DNA from: a virus
DNA: 64,000 bases
Strand: one strand, 5' to 3'
IMG/VR virus record: IMGVR_UViG_3300035698_028866
Span: 16,527-80,526 of that record
Shown here one piece after another: positions 29,463 to 38,859 of this stretch. The stretch's first letter is position 1. Each line of letters opens with the position of its first letter. Position numbers and translations under genes: made by a program. The notes below the pieces were generated by a model. That model was not told the origin of the DNA. It saw nothing but the letters and a program-made list of their open reading frames with translations, and made no database searches.

Positions 29463-30017
29463 TTAGATTTTAACATCAGACAGGAAGGCCTGGTCGAAAT
29501 TCGCCATGATAACCTTGGCCTTACGCATGTCAGCACCTTCAAGGATAGACTTGCTAAAGTCAGCCTTTACGCAATGCGCTTTACGCAGATCCACATCTAG
29601 GAGAAAGCATTCTGACAAAACTGCTCCATCGAGGAAGGCACCATAAAAACTGGATCCTCCCAAGTTCGAACCTTTAAAGTTTGCTCCATCGGCATGAACT
29701 CTACTCAGATCCGCGCAGATAATCTTGGCGTTCTGAATCATAAGCTCAGACAACCAGGCTTTACGGAGCTTGACTCTGTTAAGCTTGGCCCCAGTGAGAT
29801 CGGCCCACTGGAGATGGGCTTTTGACAAATTTGCCCAACTCAAGTCAGCGCCTCTCAGGTCTGCCCTACTAAGCACGGCTCCTCGCAAATCTTCCCCACA
29901 AAGATCAGCCTCAAACAGGCTAACCCCATCACACACGGCGACCTCCACAGCTCTTTTGAGGCTTTTCGCCAAACCCTCCCAAAGAACCTTTCCCTTTATA
30001 CTTCTAATCTTCATCAC
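29463..30017 (-). CDS. Pentapeptide repeat protein
   Basis: Contiguous A(D/N)LxxA repeats. Confidence 0.9.
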   Translation of the reverse strand: MMKIRSIKGKVLWEGLAKSLKRAVEVAVCDGVSLFEADLCGEDLRGAVLSRADLRGADLSWANLSKAHLQWADLTGAKLNRVKLRKAWLSELMIQNAKIICADLSRVHADGANFKGSNLGGSSFYGAFLDGAVLSECFLLDVDLRKAHCVKADFSKSILEGADMRKAKVIMANFDQAFLSDVKI

Positions 30018-30140
30018 TTGTCCTCCTACTGTAACACTTACTCTCTATTCTTTATGTAGTCTGGCCAGAGAGTTTAGCCGGGAAAGACTAGGATAGGTTA
30101 TTTGTTGAGTTTCCCCAAGAATAAACCTACCATGTATTAT

Positions 30141-30169
30141 ATTATAACGCATGGTAGGTCATTATTAAG
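30141..30169 (-). promoter_or_regulatory. Putative phage-specific promoter CTTAAT-N17-TATAAT
   Basis: Same motif at 37503-37531 and 59572-59600. Confidence 0.75.
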
Positions 30170-30192
30170 GCTTGTCTGAGGGCGGAAAATGG

Positions 30193-30229
30193 TCAAAAAG
30201 AGATGAACTCTGCTGCTGATTTAATCATA
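30193..30229 (-). pseudogene. Truncated duplicate start (MIKSAAEFISF*) of ORF 30241..30915
   Basis: 21-bp identity between 30209-30229 and 30896-30916. Confidence 0.55.
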
Positions 30230-30240
30230 TTTAACCTCTT

Positions 30241-30915
30241 CTAGAGACCTTGTTCCCCGGCTTCGATGTCCAAGAATCTCTGGGCTGATGGGTCTTCTAC
30301 TTGTGATGGATATACACTAGCCTCAATATATCTCTGAATCATGTCAGCCTTCTCTCTCGACTCCCCAGCCTCATTCTTATAGAACTCGGGAAGCTTTCGT
30401 GCTTCGTTTCTGGAAAGAGTTCCAACGCCAAGCCCTGCACCAGTACCCATCACTCCACCCAAGAGCATAGACTTAAGATACTCGGGGTTTTCTTTTGCCA
30501 TGAGCCAAGTCAAAAGAGCTCCTATACCTGCTCCCCCAAGACCCCCTGCGGCGGCATAGGTGGCCTCTCGAGGAAGGCCTGCTATGTTCGGAAAATGGTC
30601 TTCTTTTGATTTTTGCGTAAGCCTATCAGTATTGCCCTTCTCGTGCTGCAGTAACGATCTAAGATCCTCTTGCCCACGCTGAACCTGCCATTCTTCGGCA
30701 CTCCTTCCTTTCAGAAACTTCAACCTTCCCTCTAACTTTTTAATTCTATCATCAACATCCCGAATTGAGTCATTAACAGATCGTGGCTCAGTCCCTGCTT
30801 TTATCATAGACATACCATCAAGAACCAAGCCTAGCTGGGCTTCTGCCTTTTTTCTATCGAAAAGACACTGCTTACGGAAATGACCATTTATTCTGTCTGC
30901 TGCTGATTTAATCAT
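30241..30915 (-). CDS. Putative virion protein, KSAAxRINGHF leader plus glycine zipper
   Basis: Paralogue of 33247..33795 (LTWLMAKENPxYLKxMLLG). Confidence 0.7.
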   Translation of the reverse strand: MIKSAADRINGHFRKQCLFDRKKAEAQLGLVLDGMSMIKAGTEPRSVNDSIRDVDDRIKKLEGRLKFLKGRSAEEWQVQRGQEDLRSLLQHEKGNTDRLTQKSKEDHFPNIAGLPREATYAAAGGLGGAGIGALLTWLMAKENPEYLKSMLLGGVMGTGAGLGVGTLSRNEARKLPEFYKNEAGESREKADMIQRYIEASVYPSQVEDPSAQRFLDIEAGEQGL

Positions 30916-30923
30916 AAGACTAA

Positions 30924-32243
30924 TTATCCTTTTTTAGATCCAAGTTGTGATCTCAACTTGCGTAAACCGCCCTGAGTAGCCCCGTAGAGATACCCAGCGC
31001 GATCTCCAAGCCAACGTGAAAGTCTTGCGTCTGGAGTAGTTCTGTTCTTATATGTATCATAGAAACCTTCTCCAAATCCCTTAAGAGACTCTGTTGGCTG
31101 AGATGCGAATTCCGGCGCGGACACAGTGAGAAATCTACCTAGAGTACCCACGGCCTTTCCGCTTTCGTATGGGTTAAGAGCTCCAGCTACAGCTCCCCCT
31201 ATATTATCCTTAGATCCTCGAGAGAGTGCTTCGAGTTTCTTATTGTAAACCTTAGTGTTAAACGCACCAGCACCCATACCAAGCGCAGCAAGAGCAGTTG
31301 CAACTGGAACCCCCCAAGACTTAGCTGCTGCCTGAACCCCGCTTGATGCACTTATACCCGTTCCTAATGTCGCCCCTGCTCCTGGAAGTGCTCCTACAAC
31401 CCCCGAGCTAAGAATCCCAGCTGTCGAAGCATAAGGCACAGCTTTTTTTGCTGCTAGGGCATAGGGAGCAGTAACATCGGCAGCTGCAGCAACATTTCTT
31501 GTTGCAAGTGGATGCTTCGTAGCTGTGCTAATTCCCCCTCTTTGTAGAGCAGTTAGTCTATCCCCCGCCCACTCTTTTATCGAATTAGGAACGGTTTCTT
31601 TCGTAGGAGTTATAAAATCGAACGTTGAAACGGAATGAAGCACATCACCTATCTTATCCCAGCCAGTTGGGTTTTTGGTTTTTTCCAAAGCCTTACTACC
31701 AAACGTCTTCATCACTCCTAAGGTATGCTTTGCCGCAGAAGAAAGATGACCAATTTGTTTGTCGGTCCAAGCAGCAATTACAGGAGGCTCGAAAGGAATA
31801 CCAGGGATCTTTTCCTTCATAATGGATGCAAAGCCAGCTTTCATCCCCGGTGTAAGTGGAAGTTTCATATAGGACTGTGCAAGCGCCCTTAAGGAGTTAA
31901 GAGCTTTTTTTGGGTCTATTTTTTCAATATCGCGTGGCGTCCTAGAAAGATCTAGCAAAGAGGCAGCAAAGACTACTACGTTCTTTTTGTGCTCTTCAAT
32001 CTGTCCCCCAGTCCCCGGAGATGCAAAAAGGGCAAGACGCGTAGAGCCTTTGCCCATATTCCATACGTCTCGAATTATACTTGTCTCAGGATCAGTCAAG
32101 CCCGTCATGCCACTTAAAGTCTGTTGAACCGCGCCAAAGAGTGAGAATTTCTTGTAGGTTGAACGCGCCTTCAAAGCCTTTTGGGCTATTGTGGGTGGGG
32201 AAGAAGGTTTGGCTGTCTGTTCTTTTGCTGCTAGTTTTCTCAT
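30924..32243 (-). CDS. Ala/Gly-rich basic hypothetical protein (probable virion protein)
   Basis: 439-aa ORF with MRKLAA start and hydrophobic Gly/Ala segments. Confidence 0.65.
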   Translation of the reverse strand: MRKLAAKEQTAKPSSPPTIAQKALKARSTYKKFSLFGAVQQTLSGMTGLTDPETSIIRDVWNMGKGSTRLALFASPGTGGQIEEHKKNVVVFAASLLDLSRTPRDIEKIDPKKALNSLRALAQSYMKLPLTPGMKAGFASIMKEKIPGIPFEPPVIAAWTDKQIGHLSSAAKHTLGVMKTFGSKALEKTKNPTGWDKIGDVLHSVSTFDFITPTKETVPNSIKEWAGDRLTALQRGGISTATKHPLATRNVAAAADVTAPYALAAKKAVPYASTAGILSSGVVGALPGAGATLGTGISASSGVQAAAKSWGVPVATALAALGMGAGAFNTKVYNKKLEALSRGSKDNIGGAVAGALNPYESGKAVGTLGRFLTVSAPEFASQPTESLKGFGEGFYDTYKNRTTPDARLSRWLGDRAGYLYGATQGGLRKLRSQLGSKKG

Positions 32244-33202
32244 GCCACCACCCCCAGGGTATTTAAGTCAAATTTAGTCTTGGGGCGTTCCACCAGTCCC
32301 TGTATCCTGTTTACCATGTACTCTTGAAGTTCTGTTGGAGCCTTATCATAGTCAAACTCTCCTGTACGATTTCTAGACTTCCGGGAAGGGTGAAAGAATG
32401 GATACAGCCTCAGTGCATCTTCAGCCTTTTCAGACGTATCGATTATCTCCCCTGTTTCTTGAAAATATCTCTGCTTGATATGAGAAAGTCTAGGGTCTAT
32501 CTCTGCTGGCGTAAGACCATACCTTACAAAGTCTTCTGTATATGTATCAAAAGGCTTCCGAGGATTTTTCTTTAGATACGAATCTGCAAATCTTTGAGAC
32601 TCGCCTAGAGATTTCCAAAGTGGCTGTTTCCAAAGCTGTAAAGAATGCATCAGCTCATGACGCATAGTTGCATCAAAATCAGGAGTATATGCTAAGTTAG
32701 CGGCATTTACACCTACCTCATCCGTTTTCGTATCGTAATACCCATCGGTCATCGAGTCGGGAGAAAGAGTTTCAAACTTGACAGGAATCTCCCTATGGAG
32801 TGCCTCAGGAGATAAGTCTGGCCATGGAATGTTTTTCTCAGTAGAAGATAGACCTAGCGTCCACTTATTAGGCACGCTCACTGGAAACGGACTATCTTTC
32901 TGGTGCTGCAAAGCCTTCTGATGCGCTTCATCCCAGCGATCTCCATACTCCATACTCCTATACTGAGGAGCAAGATAGGAATGCGGAGAAGTAGTCCCTA
33001 CGTTAACATCGAAGTCTACAGGTTCCACTAGAGCACGCTGAGATTGATATGATCTACCAGCGCGATGAGCAAGAGTGTTCAAATTCTTCCGTGTTCGGGA
33101 AGGAGGAACCTTTAACTCAGCGCGCTCCCCCTTCTTCTTGAGGCCACGAAGACACTTCAAGTAGAAATACTGATCTAAGTGATCTCGTGCAGTATTTAAC
33201 AC
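32240..33202 (-). CDS. Zincin-like metallopeptidase domain protein
   Basis: GYY...MRHELMHSLQ with downstream Y..TPAEIDPR. Confidence 0.65.
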   Translation of the reverse strand: MLNTARDHLDQYFYLKCLRGLKKKGERAELKVPPSRTRKNLNTLAHRAGRSYQSQRALVEPVDFDVNVGTTSPHSYLAPQYRSMEYGDRWDEAHQKALQHQKDSPFPVSVPNKWTLGLSSTEKNIPWPDLSPEALHREIPVKFETLSPDSMTDGYYDTKTDEVGVNAANLAYTPDFDATMRHELMHSLQLWKQPLWKSLGESQRFADSYLKKNPRKPFDTYTEDFVRYGLTPAEIDPRLSHIKQRYFQETGEIIDTSEKAEDALRLYPFFHPSRKSRNRTGEFDYDKAPTELQEYMVNRIQGLVERPKTKFDLNTLGVVA

Positions 33203-33246
33203 TCTCTACCCCAGACTAAAAGTTAAATCCTTTCCTTACCTATAGG

Positions 33247-33795
33247 CTACACCGATATTCCACCTGTAGGAAGCTCTAGGTCAGGAACAGCTCCTTCGCC
33301 CCCGAGCTGATCTTTCCAATAGCCTGCGCCTGCTCCAACACCGCCGCCCGCGAGTGCGCCAAGGAGCATATTCTTGAGATACTGTGGGTTCTCTTTTGCC
33401 ATGAGCCAGGTAAGAATTGCACCCAGACCCGCGCCTCCACCCGCTCCCATAAGACCATAGCGAGCAGCAGGATTATCAAAAATACCGGATAACCCCTCAT
33501 TTTCAGAGCCCAGCATCGTAGCCGCATCGCCAGCTTGTCCGCCTATAGTCCGAGTGAGTTGATCGGCATCCATATTTTTTAGTTTCTCAAGAGGATCGAC
33601 ATAAGGAGACTCATCCCCTCCACTTGCGAGGCGGTTCGTCGAGACCGGACCGCGCAGCAGCACCTCCGTCCAATCCACGGCGCGCTTGTTCATATCTTCC
33701 AGAGTAAACCCCAAAGAAGCCTCTGCGACAGCCTTATCGCGAAGACACGTTACACAAAAATGTCCATTTATTCTTGCTGCAGCTGATTTAAGCAT
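33247..33795 (-). CDS. Putative virion protein, KSAAxRINGHF leader plus glycine zipper
   Basis: Paralogue of 30241..30915. Confidence 0.7.
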   Translation of the reverse strand: MLKSAAARINGHFCVTCLRDKAVAEASLGFTLEDMNKRAVDWTEVLLRGPVSTNRLASGGDESPYVDPLEKLKNMDADQLTRTIGGQAGDAATMLGSENEGLSGIFDNPAARYGLMGAGGGAGLGAILTWLMAKENPQYLKNMLLGALAGGGVGAGAGYWKDQLGGEGAVPDLELPTGGISV

Positions 33796-34127
33796 TATTT
33801 ATACCTCGGGTAAATGTTGGAAAGGAACTTCTGAGTCTCTTCGTTTATCTGTTTCTCTCGTCGGTTTGCTATCCATCCCCCCAAACGCTCTGCCATCCCC
33901 CACGGTGTAAAGTAAGAGCCCGTAAGAGGCGCACTTCCTGGAAGAGTAGGAGAATTAGGAGCTAAAGGAATGTTACTAACATCTCCAACGGAAGGATCGT
34001 GGATGTTGTCTACGGGATCTGCCAAAGCATCCAACACATTGTTTCTTGCCGCAATAGCTCCAGCCTGCTTAATGAGAGTTCGGCGGGCGAAATACTCAGA
34101 AAGACGCTCCTTTGTTGAACTAGGCAT
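33795..34127 (-). CDS. Hypothetical protein with RLxxYF..KQA leader
   Basis: 110-aa ORF. Confidence 0.65.
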   Translation of the reverse strand: MPSSTKERLSEYFARRTLIKQAGAIAARNNVLDALADPVDNIHDPSVGDVSNIPLAPNSPTLPGSAPLTGSYFTPWGMAERLGGWIANRREKQINEETQKFLSNIYPRYK

Positions 34128-34169
34128 TGTAAATCCTCATGTGAAAAAAGTTCTTTCCGACCATAAGAT

Positions 34170-34198
34170 ATTTTAGCGTCTAAAGGTTCACCTGTCAA
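34170..34198 (-). promoter_or_regulatory. Sigma70-type promoter TTGACA-N17-TAAAAT
   Basis: Near-consensus; downstream of terminator. Confidence 0.8.
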
Positions 34199-34216
34199 AC
34201 GTCTTTTTTTCCTGGC

Positions 34217-34260
34217 TCATAGCAAAAAAAAAGAGAGGAAGAAAACCTCCTCTCTTTTTT
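34217..34260 (-). terminator. Intrinsic terminator with U9-GCTATGA tail
   Basis: GAGAGG/CCTCTC hairpin with A and T tracts. Confidence 0.85.
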
Positions 34261-34303
34261 AGACCTTAGATAAGAAGCTGCTCCACAGCCTCCCCAAGTT
34301 CCG

Positions 34304-34594
34304 TCAGTTTAATCCTAAGACAGCTTCTTCAGCTGGTCCTGTAGATCCTGTAGGGTAAATAGACTCATCTTTACGCTCCTCCTCTACAGGAATCTTCAAG
34401 TTATCATAGTCTATTCTCTCATTTTTTCCTGGAACCTCCCCAACTTCTTCTTTCAGCCTCTCAACCTCAGCTATCAAGGCAAGGCCAATAATGCGAATGG
34501 TTGGGATCTCTATTGTTTTAAAAGGTTCATCAAGTGTTAAAAGTGCCTCTTTGAGTATAGCCAGGTTCTCTTCGGTAACGTCGAAAGCTTTCAT
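34304..34594 (-). CDS. Hypothetical protein
   Basis: 96-aa ORF, GGAGG RBS. Confidence 0.6.
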   Translation of the reverse strand: MKAFDVTEENLAILKEALLTLDEPFKTIEIPTIRIIGLALIAEVERLKEEVGEVPGKNERIDYDNLKIPVEEERKDESIYPTGSTGPAEEAVLGLN

Positions 34595-34708
34595 ACACCC
34601 TCCCTCTCGCAGAAGACTATCTCTGCATAGAAAAGTTAAACAGGGCCAGGAAAATGAGTAAGACTGAGAGGAGCCGGAGGACTCCTCTCACTGCACCACA
34701 GCAAAAGC

Positions 34709-35749
34709 CTAGGCTAAGCTGTCATAGTCAGGAGCAATTGTCGGACTAGCACGGAGAATACGCACGTAAGGAGTCAAAAGCTCTGCTCCATCTTTCCAAA
34801 CACTGTTACCCGTAGCTATGTCTTTATGCCACCAAACAGGTGAGTATGTGGAACTAATCCTTTCTACGCCATTTGGAACTTTCCACACAAACTTAACAAA
34901 ATGCGCATAAGAATGTGCGTGGACGATAGAATACACTTTGTCATTGTATGTGTAAATCCATTTTTTGCTGGACAGATAACACTTTAGGTCAACCGTGCGT
35001 GAAGGTTCTTCAGTTAACTGCCAATCCAAAGGAACATTTCGGAAGGCACACTCACGCATAGCAGGCATCATCATCTCAATATCCTCTTTTATGATCCTGG
35101 CTATAGGCTTCTTACCAGAAATCAGATGAAAAGCCTCAGCTCTAGTCAACCTACGCACACGCAAAGCTGTGAGTTTTTCGTCCTCTGTCTCAAAATGAAC
35201 AGGAACCCTCCGAAAATGTAAACTTTCACATTCAAACAGTGCACAAATAAACCTCTCGGGGAACTTTTCAACTTCATCAACACATCCAGATATCATATTG
35301 TTCCAGTTACGCGAAACATACACCCCATGCTCTCCTCCGTCAACCCACGTATCTACGGGGTAGTCTAAGTCTACGCCCCCATGAGCTGAAGCTGCTGGAC
35401 TTCTTCCGTGAGGCGTGAGGAGCTTTAAGGCATACCTGTTACGCTCTGGTTTCTCAGATTTAGCTTTAGCTAAAGCTGCAGGTTTAGACTCCGGATCGGG
35501 TACTATAATCCAGTCAAAATTCGAACTAATACCTGCGTATATGACGTCGTTTACCCACATATCTAAAACAGGATTCCAATACTGGAATACCCCGTTTGAC
35601 CAACGGTGGGGCGTAGTCCTGTCATACAGGTCTGACAAATACTCTTCCTGAGCAGGCTCATGCTCTAAGGAGCGCATCATGCACAAACCTTCCCTGGCGA
35701 TCATAAGGTCAATTGCTTCTTGTCTTGTGAAACAATCTTGCTTTTGCAT
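34709..35749 (-). CDS. Hypothetical protein sharing the GGEHGVYVS domain with 26461..27540
   Basis: LKLLTPHGRSP...DYPV...GGEHGVYVS. Confidence 0.75.
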   Translation of the reverse strand: MQKQDCFTRQEAIDLMIAREGLCMMRSLEHEPAQEEYLSDLYDRTTPHRWSNGVFQYWNPVLDMWVNDVIYAGISSNFDWIIVPDPESKPAALAKAKSEKPERNRYALKLLTPHGRSPAASAHGGVDLDYPVDTWVDGGEHGVYVSRNWNNMISGCVDEVEKFPERFICALFECESLHFRRVPVHFETEDEKLTALRVRRLTRAEAFHLISGKKPIARIIKEDIEMMMPAMRECAFRNVPLDWQLTEEPSRTVDLKCYLSSKKWIYTYNDKVYSIVHAHSYAHFVKFVWKVPNGVERISSTYSPVWWHKDIATGNSVWKDGAELLTPYVRILRASPTIAPDYDSLA

Positions 35750-35767
35750 TATACTGTCCTCCTAAGC

Positions 35768-35980
35768 TTATGAAAGAAACCTATCCCAGTTTTCAGACGT
35801 CATTCGCCTGCCCTTCATAACCTGTCGTAAAGCTATCATCTCTGTGTCCTCGTCAACAACAGCAAAGAATCTTGCTCCGCAACCTAAACAATTTAGCTCA
35901 AAGCGGTAGTATCCTCCCGGCTGAAACCCAAGCTCTTCCGTTTCTAGCGGTTCTCCACAATGTGAACAAAACATCGCCAC
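35768..35980 (-). CDS. Zinc-ribbon protein
   Basis: CSHCG...CLGCG. Confidence 0.6.
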   Translation of the reverse strand: MAMFCSHCGEPLETEELGFQPGGYYRFELNCLGCGARFFAVVDEDTEMIALRQVMKGRRMTSENWDRFLS

Positions 35981-36004
35981 TACCCCTCTCTTTTTTTTGT
36001 AGAA

Positions 36005-36244
36005 CTAATTCAATTGACTAGCAGCTTGCCTTTTGAGTCTACGTTTTTTAGCTAAGGATAAATTCCTTCGCACGCGCGCTGCCTCTGCACTCTTTCTGAG
36101 ACAGTTCACGCACGTCACAGCATCTCCCGTAGTTTTATCAAAAAAACCCAAACCGATACGCCTACCACAAAGAGTTTTCCAGTCGCTCTTCGAGAGATCC
36201 TCTTGATGAATAACTCCCCCTTTTTTCAGAATCCAACGTCGCAT
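36005..36244 (-). CDS. Small basic zinc-binding protein
   Basis: H..TLCG...VTCVNC. Confidence 0.6.
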   Translation of the reverse strand: MRRWILKKGGVIHQEDLSKSDWKTLCGRRIGLGFFDKTTGDAVTCVNCLRKSAEAARVRRNLSLAKKRRLKRQAASQLN

Positions 36245-36330
36245 AAATCCCTCCTTAGTCGAAGTAAAAAAATAGGAAAGAAGATTCTCCGGGAGGACTC
36301 TCAGAGAACCTCCTTTCCCTTGGTGGAGGC

Positions 36331-36885
36331 CTATTCAGCTCCCTCAGGTGGATCCATTTTCAACGCCCCAGCTTCAAGCTCGGACATGCTCACACCCAGA
36401 AGAGAACTGGCAGCCGCCCAAACCTCTTTGATCTGCTTAGTGGTGGTCGCTAGCCAAACCGTATCCAGCATTGAATCTTGTTCTCTCCGAAGCTTAAGGA
36501 TACCTTTCCCCAACTCAGTCTCAGCGAGGATCGAAGGCTTTAGTGAGTTAACATTCTGTATCCTTATGGTTCGCGCGCTACTTTTGATATCATACAGCTG
36601 CTGCCTGCGAACAGAGGAAGAATCCATCCCCATGACCGTAAGTGCAATAGAATTAGTAACGTCCTGGAGGTCCCCACCTAACTTCTCTATGGTATTCTCC
36701 AACTTTAATTTTTCCTTCTCAAGAGCAGTTATTCCAAACGAATCATCTGACCTACGCGCCGCTTCCTCGTCAACTTTTGACAAAAACGAAGGATCTTCTT
36801 TCGATATTCGATTCTTAATTTCCTTGTCAATAAAGCTGTTTATCCGACTCTTCCAATGTTCCTTCTCCGCAACGGTCATAGACAT
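36331..36885 (-). CDS. Hypothetical phage protein (helical)
   Basis: 184-aa ORF, GGGAG RBS. Confidence 0.7.
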   Translation of the reverse strand: MSMTVAEKEHWKSRINSFIDKEIKNRISKEDPSFLSKVDEEAARRSDDSFGITALEKEKLKLENTIEKLGGDLQDVTNSIALTVMGMDSSSVRRQQLYDIKSSARTIRIQNVNSLKPSILAETELGKGILKLRREQDSMLDTVWLATTTKQIKEVWAAASSLLGVSMSELEAGALKMDPPEGAE

Positions 36886-36917
36886 ATTAAATCTCCCAGA
36901 AATATAGCTAACATCAA

Positions 36918-36957
36918 GAAAAAAAAGGAGGGAAAAAACCTAAGTTCTCCCCCTCCC
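36918..36957 (-). terminator. Intrinsic terminator
   Basis: GGAGGG/CCCTCC stem followed by U8 on the minus strand. Confidence 0.6.
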
Positions 36958-37064
36958 CTACACAGAAAGCCCCGCTGGCCGGTGGACTCATTACGACTCA
37001 GTTGTATTCCGGCATTGCACCCAGTGTACATATCCACTGCGGCAGGTCTCAAGTTCACTCTTCA

Positions 37065-37412
37065 TCAGTTCTTTACGGCAACTTCTGGCGTAGGTTCAGG
37101 CTGAACAGCTACCGCTGCCGTTCTAGGAACCACTTCAATCTTGGTTCCGACAACTGTGAGCCGATCCCCGTCGTCCAGCCGGAGATACGTTTGATCATCA
37201 GTTGTTCGGTTGGTCAGGATGAATACGTCTTCATCCCGCTTAACCTTGATGTCGCCGGACCAGGCCTGAGTCGTATTTCCAGAGGCATCCTCCACTGTGA
37301 CTGTTGTCACGGTCTTGGTCTTGGCCTCCTGCGCATCGTCACCTTTCTTCCAGTCACAACCCACCGACAACACCATAAGACACATAACTGACGCGATCAC
37401 TAAAGACTTCAT
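37065..37412 (-). CDS. Lipoprotein
   Basis: Start MKSLVIAS with AGGAGG RBS; lipobox LSVGC. Confidence 0.7.
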   Translation of the reverse strand: MKSLVIASVMCLMVLSVGCDWKKGDDAQEAKTKTVTTVTVEDASGNTTQAWSGDIKVKRDEDVFILTNRTTDDQTYLRLDDGDRLTVVGTKIEVVPRTAAVAVQPEPTPEVAVKN

Positions 37413-37502
37413 AGTACGCCCTCCTTCTGGTTCTTGTTCTCTATTTAGATTGGGTAGAGAACTTTTCCCAAATTGACAAACACTAAAATCCCTATACACT
37501 AT

Positions 37503-37531
37503 ATTATAGCACATAAGGGGGATAAATTAAG
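37503..37531 (-). promoter_or_regulatory. Putative phage-specific promoter CTTAAT-N17-TATAAT
   Basis: Second copy of the motif. Confidence 0.75.
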
Positions 37532-37554
37532 CTAGGAGCGGGGATAAGAATAGG

Positions 37555-37995
37555 CTATGAATGCTTGCTCGCCTGGATTGCTCGTTCCTGGGCTTGTGCT
37601 TCTTTCTCGCTATTATGTCGACCTAGAACCTTATTACCTAGGTGATCATAGAGAATCCACTTATCCCCTTCATGCTTGATCACGGCCGACTTCTCCATAG
37701 CCACCCTCAGAATAAGCTTGCGAAGGGGTGTTAGCTCTTCCTGTGCCAGCTTCTCAAAGCCTTCGGGAGTATCTATCTCTTTAAGTGTTTTAGCTGCAGT
37801 TTTGACATAGTCCTCTACTGCCTCATGGAATAACGAAGCAGTCTTCTCATCCATGTCTGTGGTATCTGTGAACTTCTTGAGTCCTCGTGTGAAACCCTCT
37901 GAAATGCTAGTAGAAGTATCTGATCCTTGGAGACTGGAAGACTTCTCCATCTCGTCTAGAATGACTTTTCCTCTTTGCATAAACTTAGAGAGCAT
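37555..37995 (-). CDS. Probable virion protein with KxA motifs and a small C-terminal GxKW..LGxH..A.AQERAI domain
   Basis: KTAS, KTAA, KLAQ, KSAV motifs. Confidence 0.65.
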   Translation of the reverse strand: MLSKFMQRGKVILDEMEKSSSLQGSDTSTSISEGFTRGLKKFTDTTDMDEKTASLFHEAVEDYVKTAAKTLKEIDTPEGFEKLAQEELTPLRKLILRVAMEKSAVIKHEGDKWILYDHLGNKVLGRHNSEKEAQAQERAIQASKHS

Positions 37996-38230
37996 CTTCT
38001 TTCTCCGTTCTAAATCTTACCACAGGGGAAGCCTTTATGTTTAATGTCTGCTCCAGAAGCTTCTCAAAGTCTTTGTCTCCCGCAACGGCAATAGCATAGA
38101 TCTTGCGATCGTCCTTCTGGAACGTGTGCATGACAACGGCGGGAGCACCTTCGTCAGTAAACCCTACAAAGTCAACTACCTTGTCGAGTTCCTGAGAGTC
38201 TCCAGCTGTGTCTACTAACAAGAGCTTCAT
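37985..38230 (-). CDS. Hypothetical protein
   Basis: 81-aa ORF. Confidence 0.65.
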   Translation of the reverse strand: MKLLLVDTAGDSQELDKVVDFVGFTDEGAPAVVMHTFQKDDRKIYAIAVAGDKDFEKLLEQTLNIKASPVVRFRTEKEDAL

Positions 38231-38856
38231 GTTATGTCCTGTCCTATGTCCTGAAGAGCTCCGATAAACCTACGGGCATCTGGGTTCTCAGAACCAGGCT
38301 CCAGCTTCGGTGCTGAAGCAGACTCAGGAGGAGCTTCGCCTTGAAGCCCCGCTAACTGATCTGGAGCTCCTATAGGCATAGCCATATCAACAGGAGGAGG
38401 GCCTCCGGGATTTCCTGCAATCATTTGCATAAGATTCATAAGGCTCTCGAATTGTTCTGAAAGCCCGTCGATCCTTTCAGAGAGACGCTTTAAGTCTGCG
38501 CCTTCTCCTGCGTCTTCGCTTTTACTCTCAGGGTCAGCCTTAACGTCTCGAAGCATAGACTGCAAATCATTAAGGTCAACGAGAACCGTCCCCGCAGGAA
38601 CTGTAACAGTATCCTGCTCAGGTTCAGGCATGGGTGGGCCTTCCATAGCTGCAGGATCCATTCCCATAGCTGCAGGATCCATTCCCATAGCTGTAGGATC
38701 CTGGGGAGGCATAGCCATAGCTGCAGGATCCTGAGGAGGCATTGCCTGAGCTGCAGGATCCTGAGGAGGCATTGCCTGAGCTGCAGGATCCTGAGGAGTA
38801 ACAAACCCACTCTTTGCTAATATCGCGGCTAGCTTCTCTGAGGTTTCTATACGCAT
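38227..38856 (-). CDS. Pro/Met/Ala repeat protein with coiled coil (possible scaffold)
   Basis: PQDPAAQAMP repeats. Confidence 0.7.
   Translation of the reverse strand: MRIETSEKLAAILAKSGFVTPQDPAAQAMPPQDPAAQAMPPQDPAAMAMPPQDPTAMGMDPAAMGMDPAAMEGPPMPEPEQDTVTVPAGTVLVDLNDLQSMLRDVKADPESKSEDAGEGADLKRLSERIDGLSEQFESLMNLMQMIAGNPGGPPPVDMAMPIGAPDQLAGLQGEAPPESASAPKLEPGSENPDARRFIGALQDIGQDIT
38643..38798. repeat. Coding tandem repeats (30-bp PQDPAAQAMP and 21-bp MDPAAMG units)
   Basis: Repeated gctgcaggatcc core. Confidence 0.85.
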
Positions 38857-38859
38857 TGA

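Noticed and set aside
36960-37060. Hammerhead or twister ribozyme
   Set aside because: Only partial resemblance; no CUGANGA with GAAA core and no twister pseudoknot pairs found
37554-37560. GCTATGA as an inverted terminal repeat of module 2
   Set aside because: No equivalent copy at the heads of modules 1 and 3; a 7-mer is expected by chance
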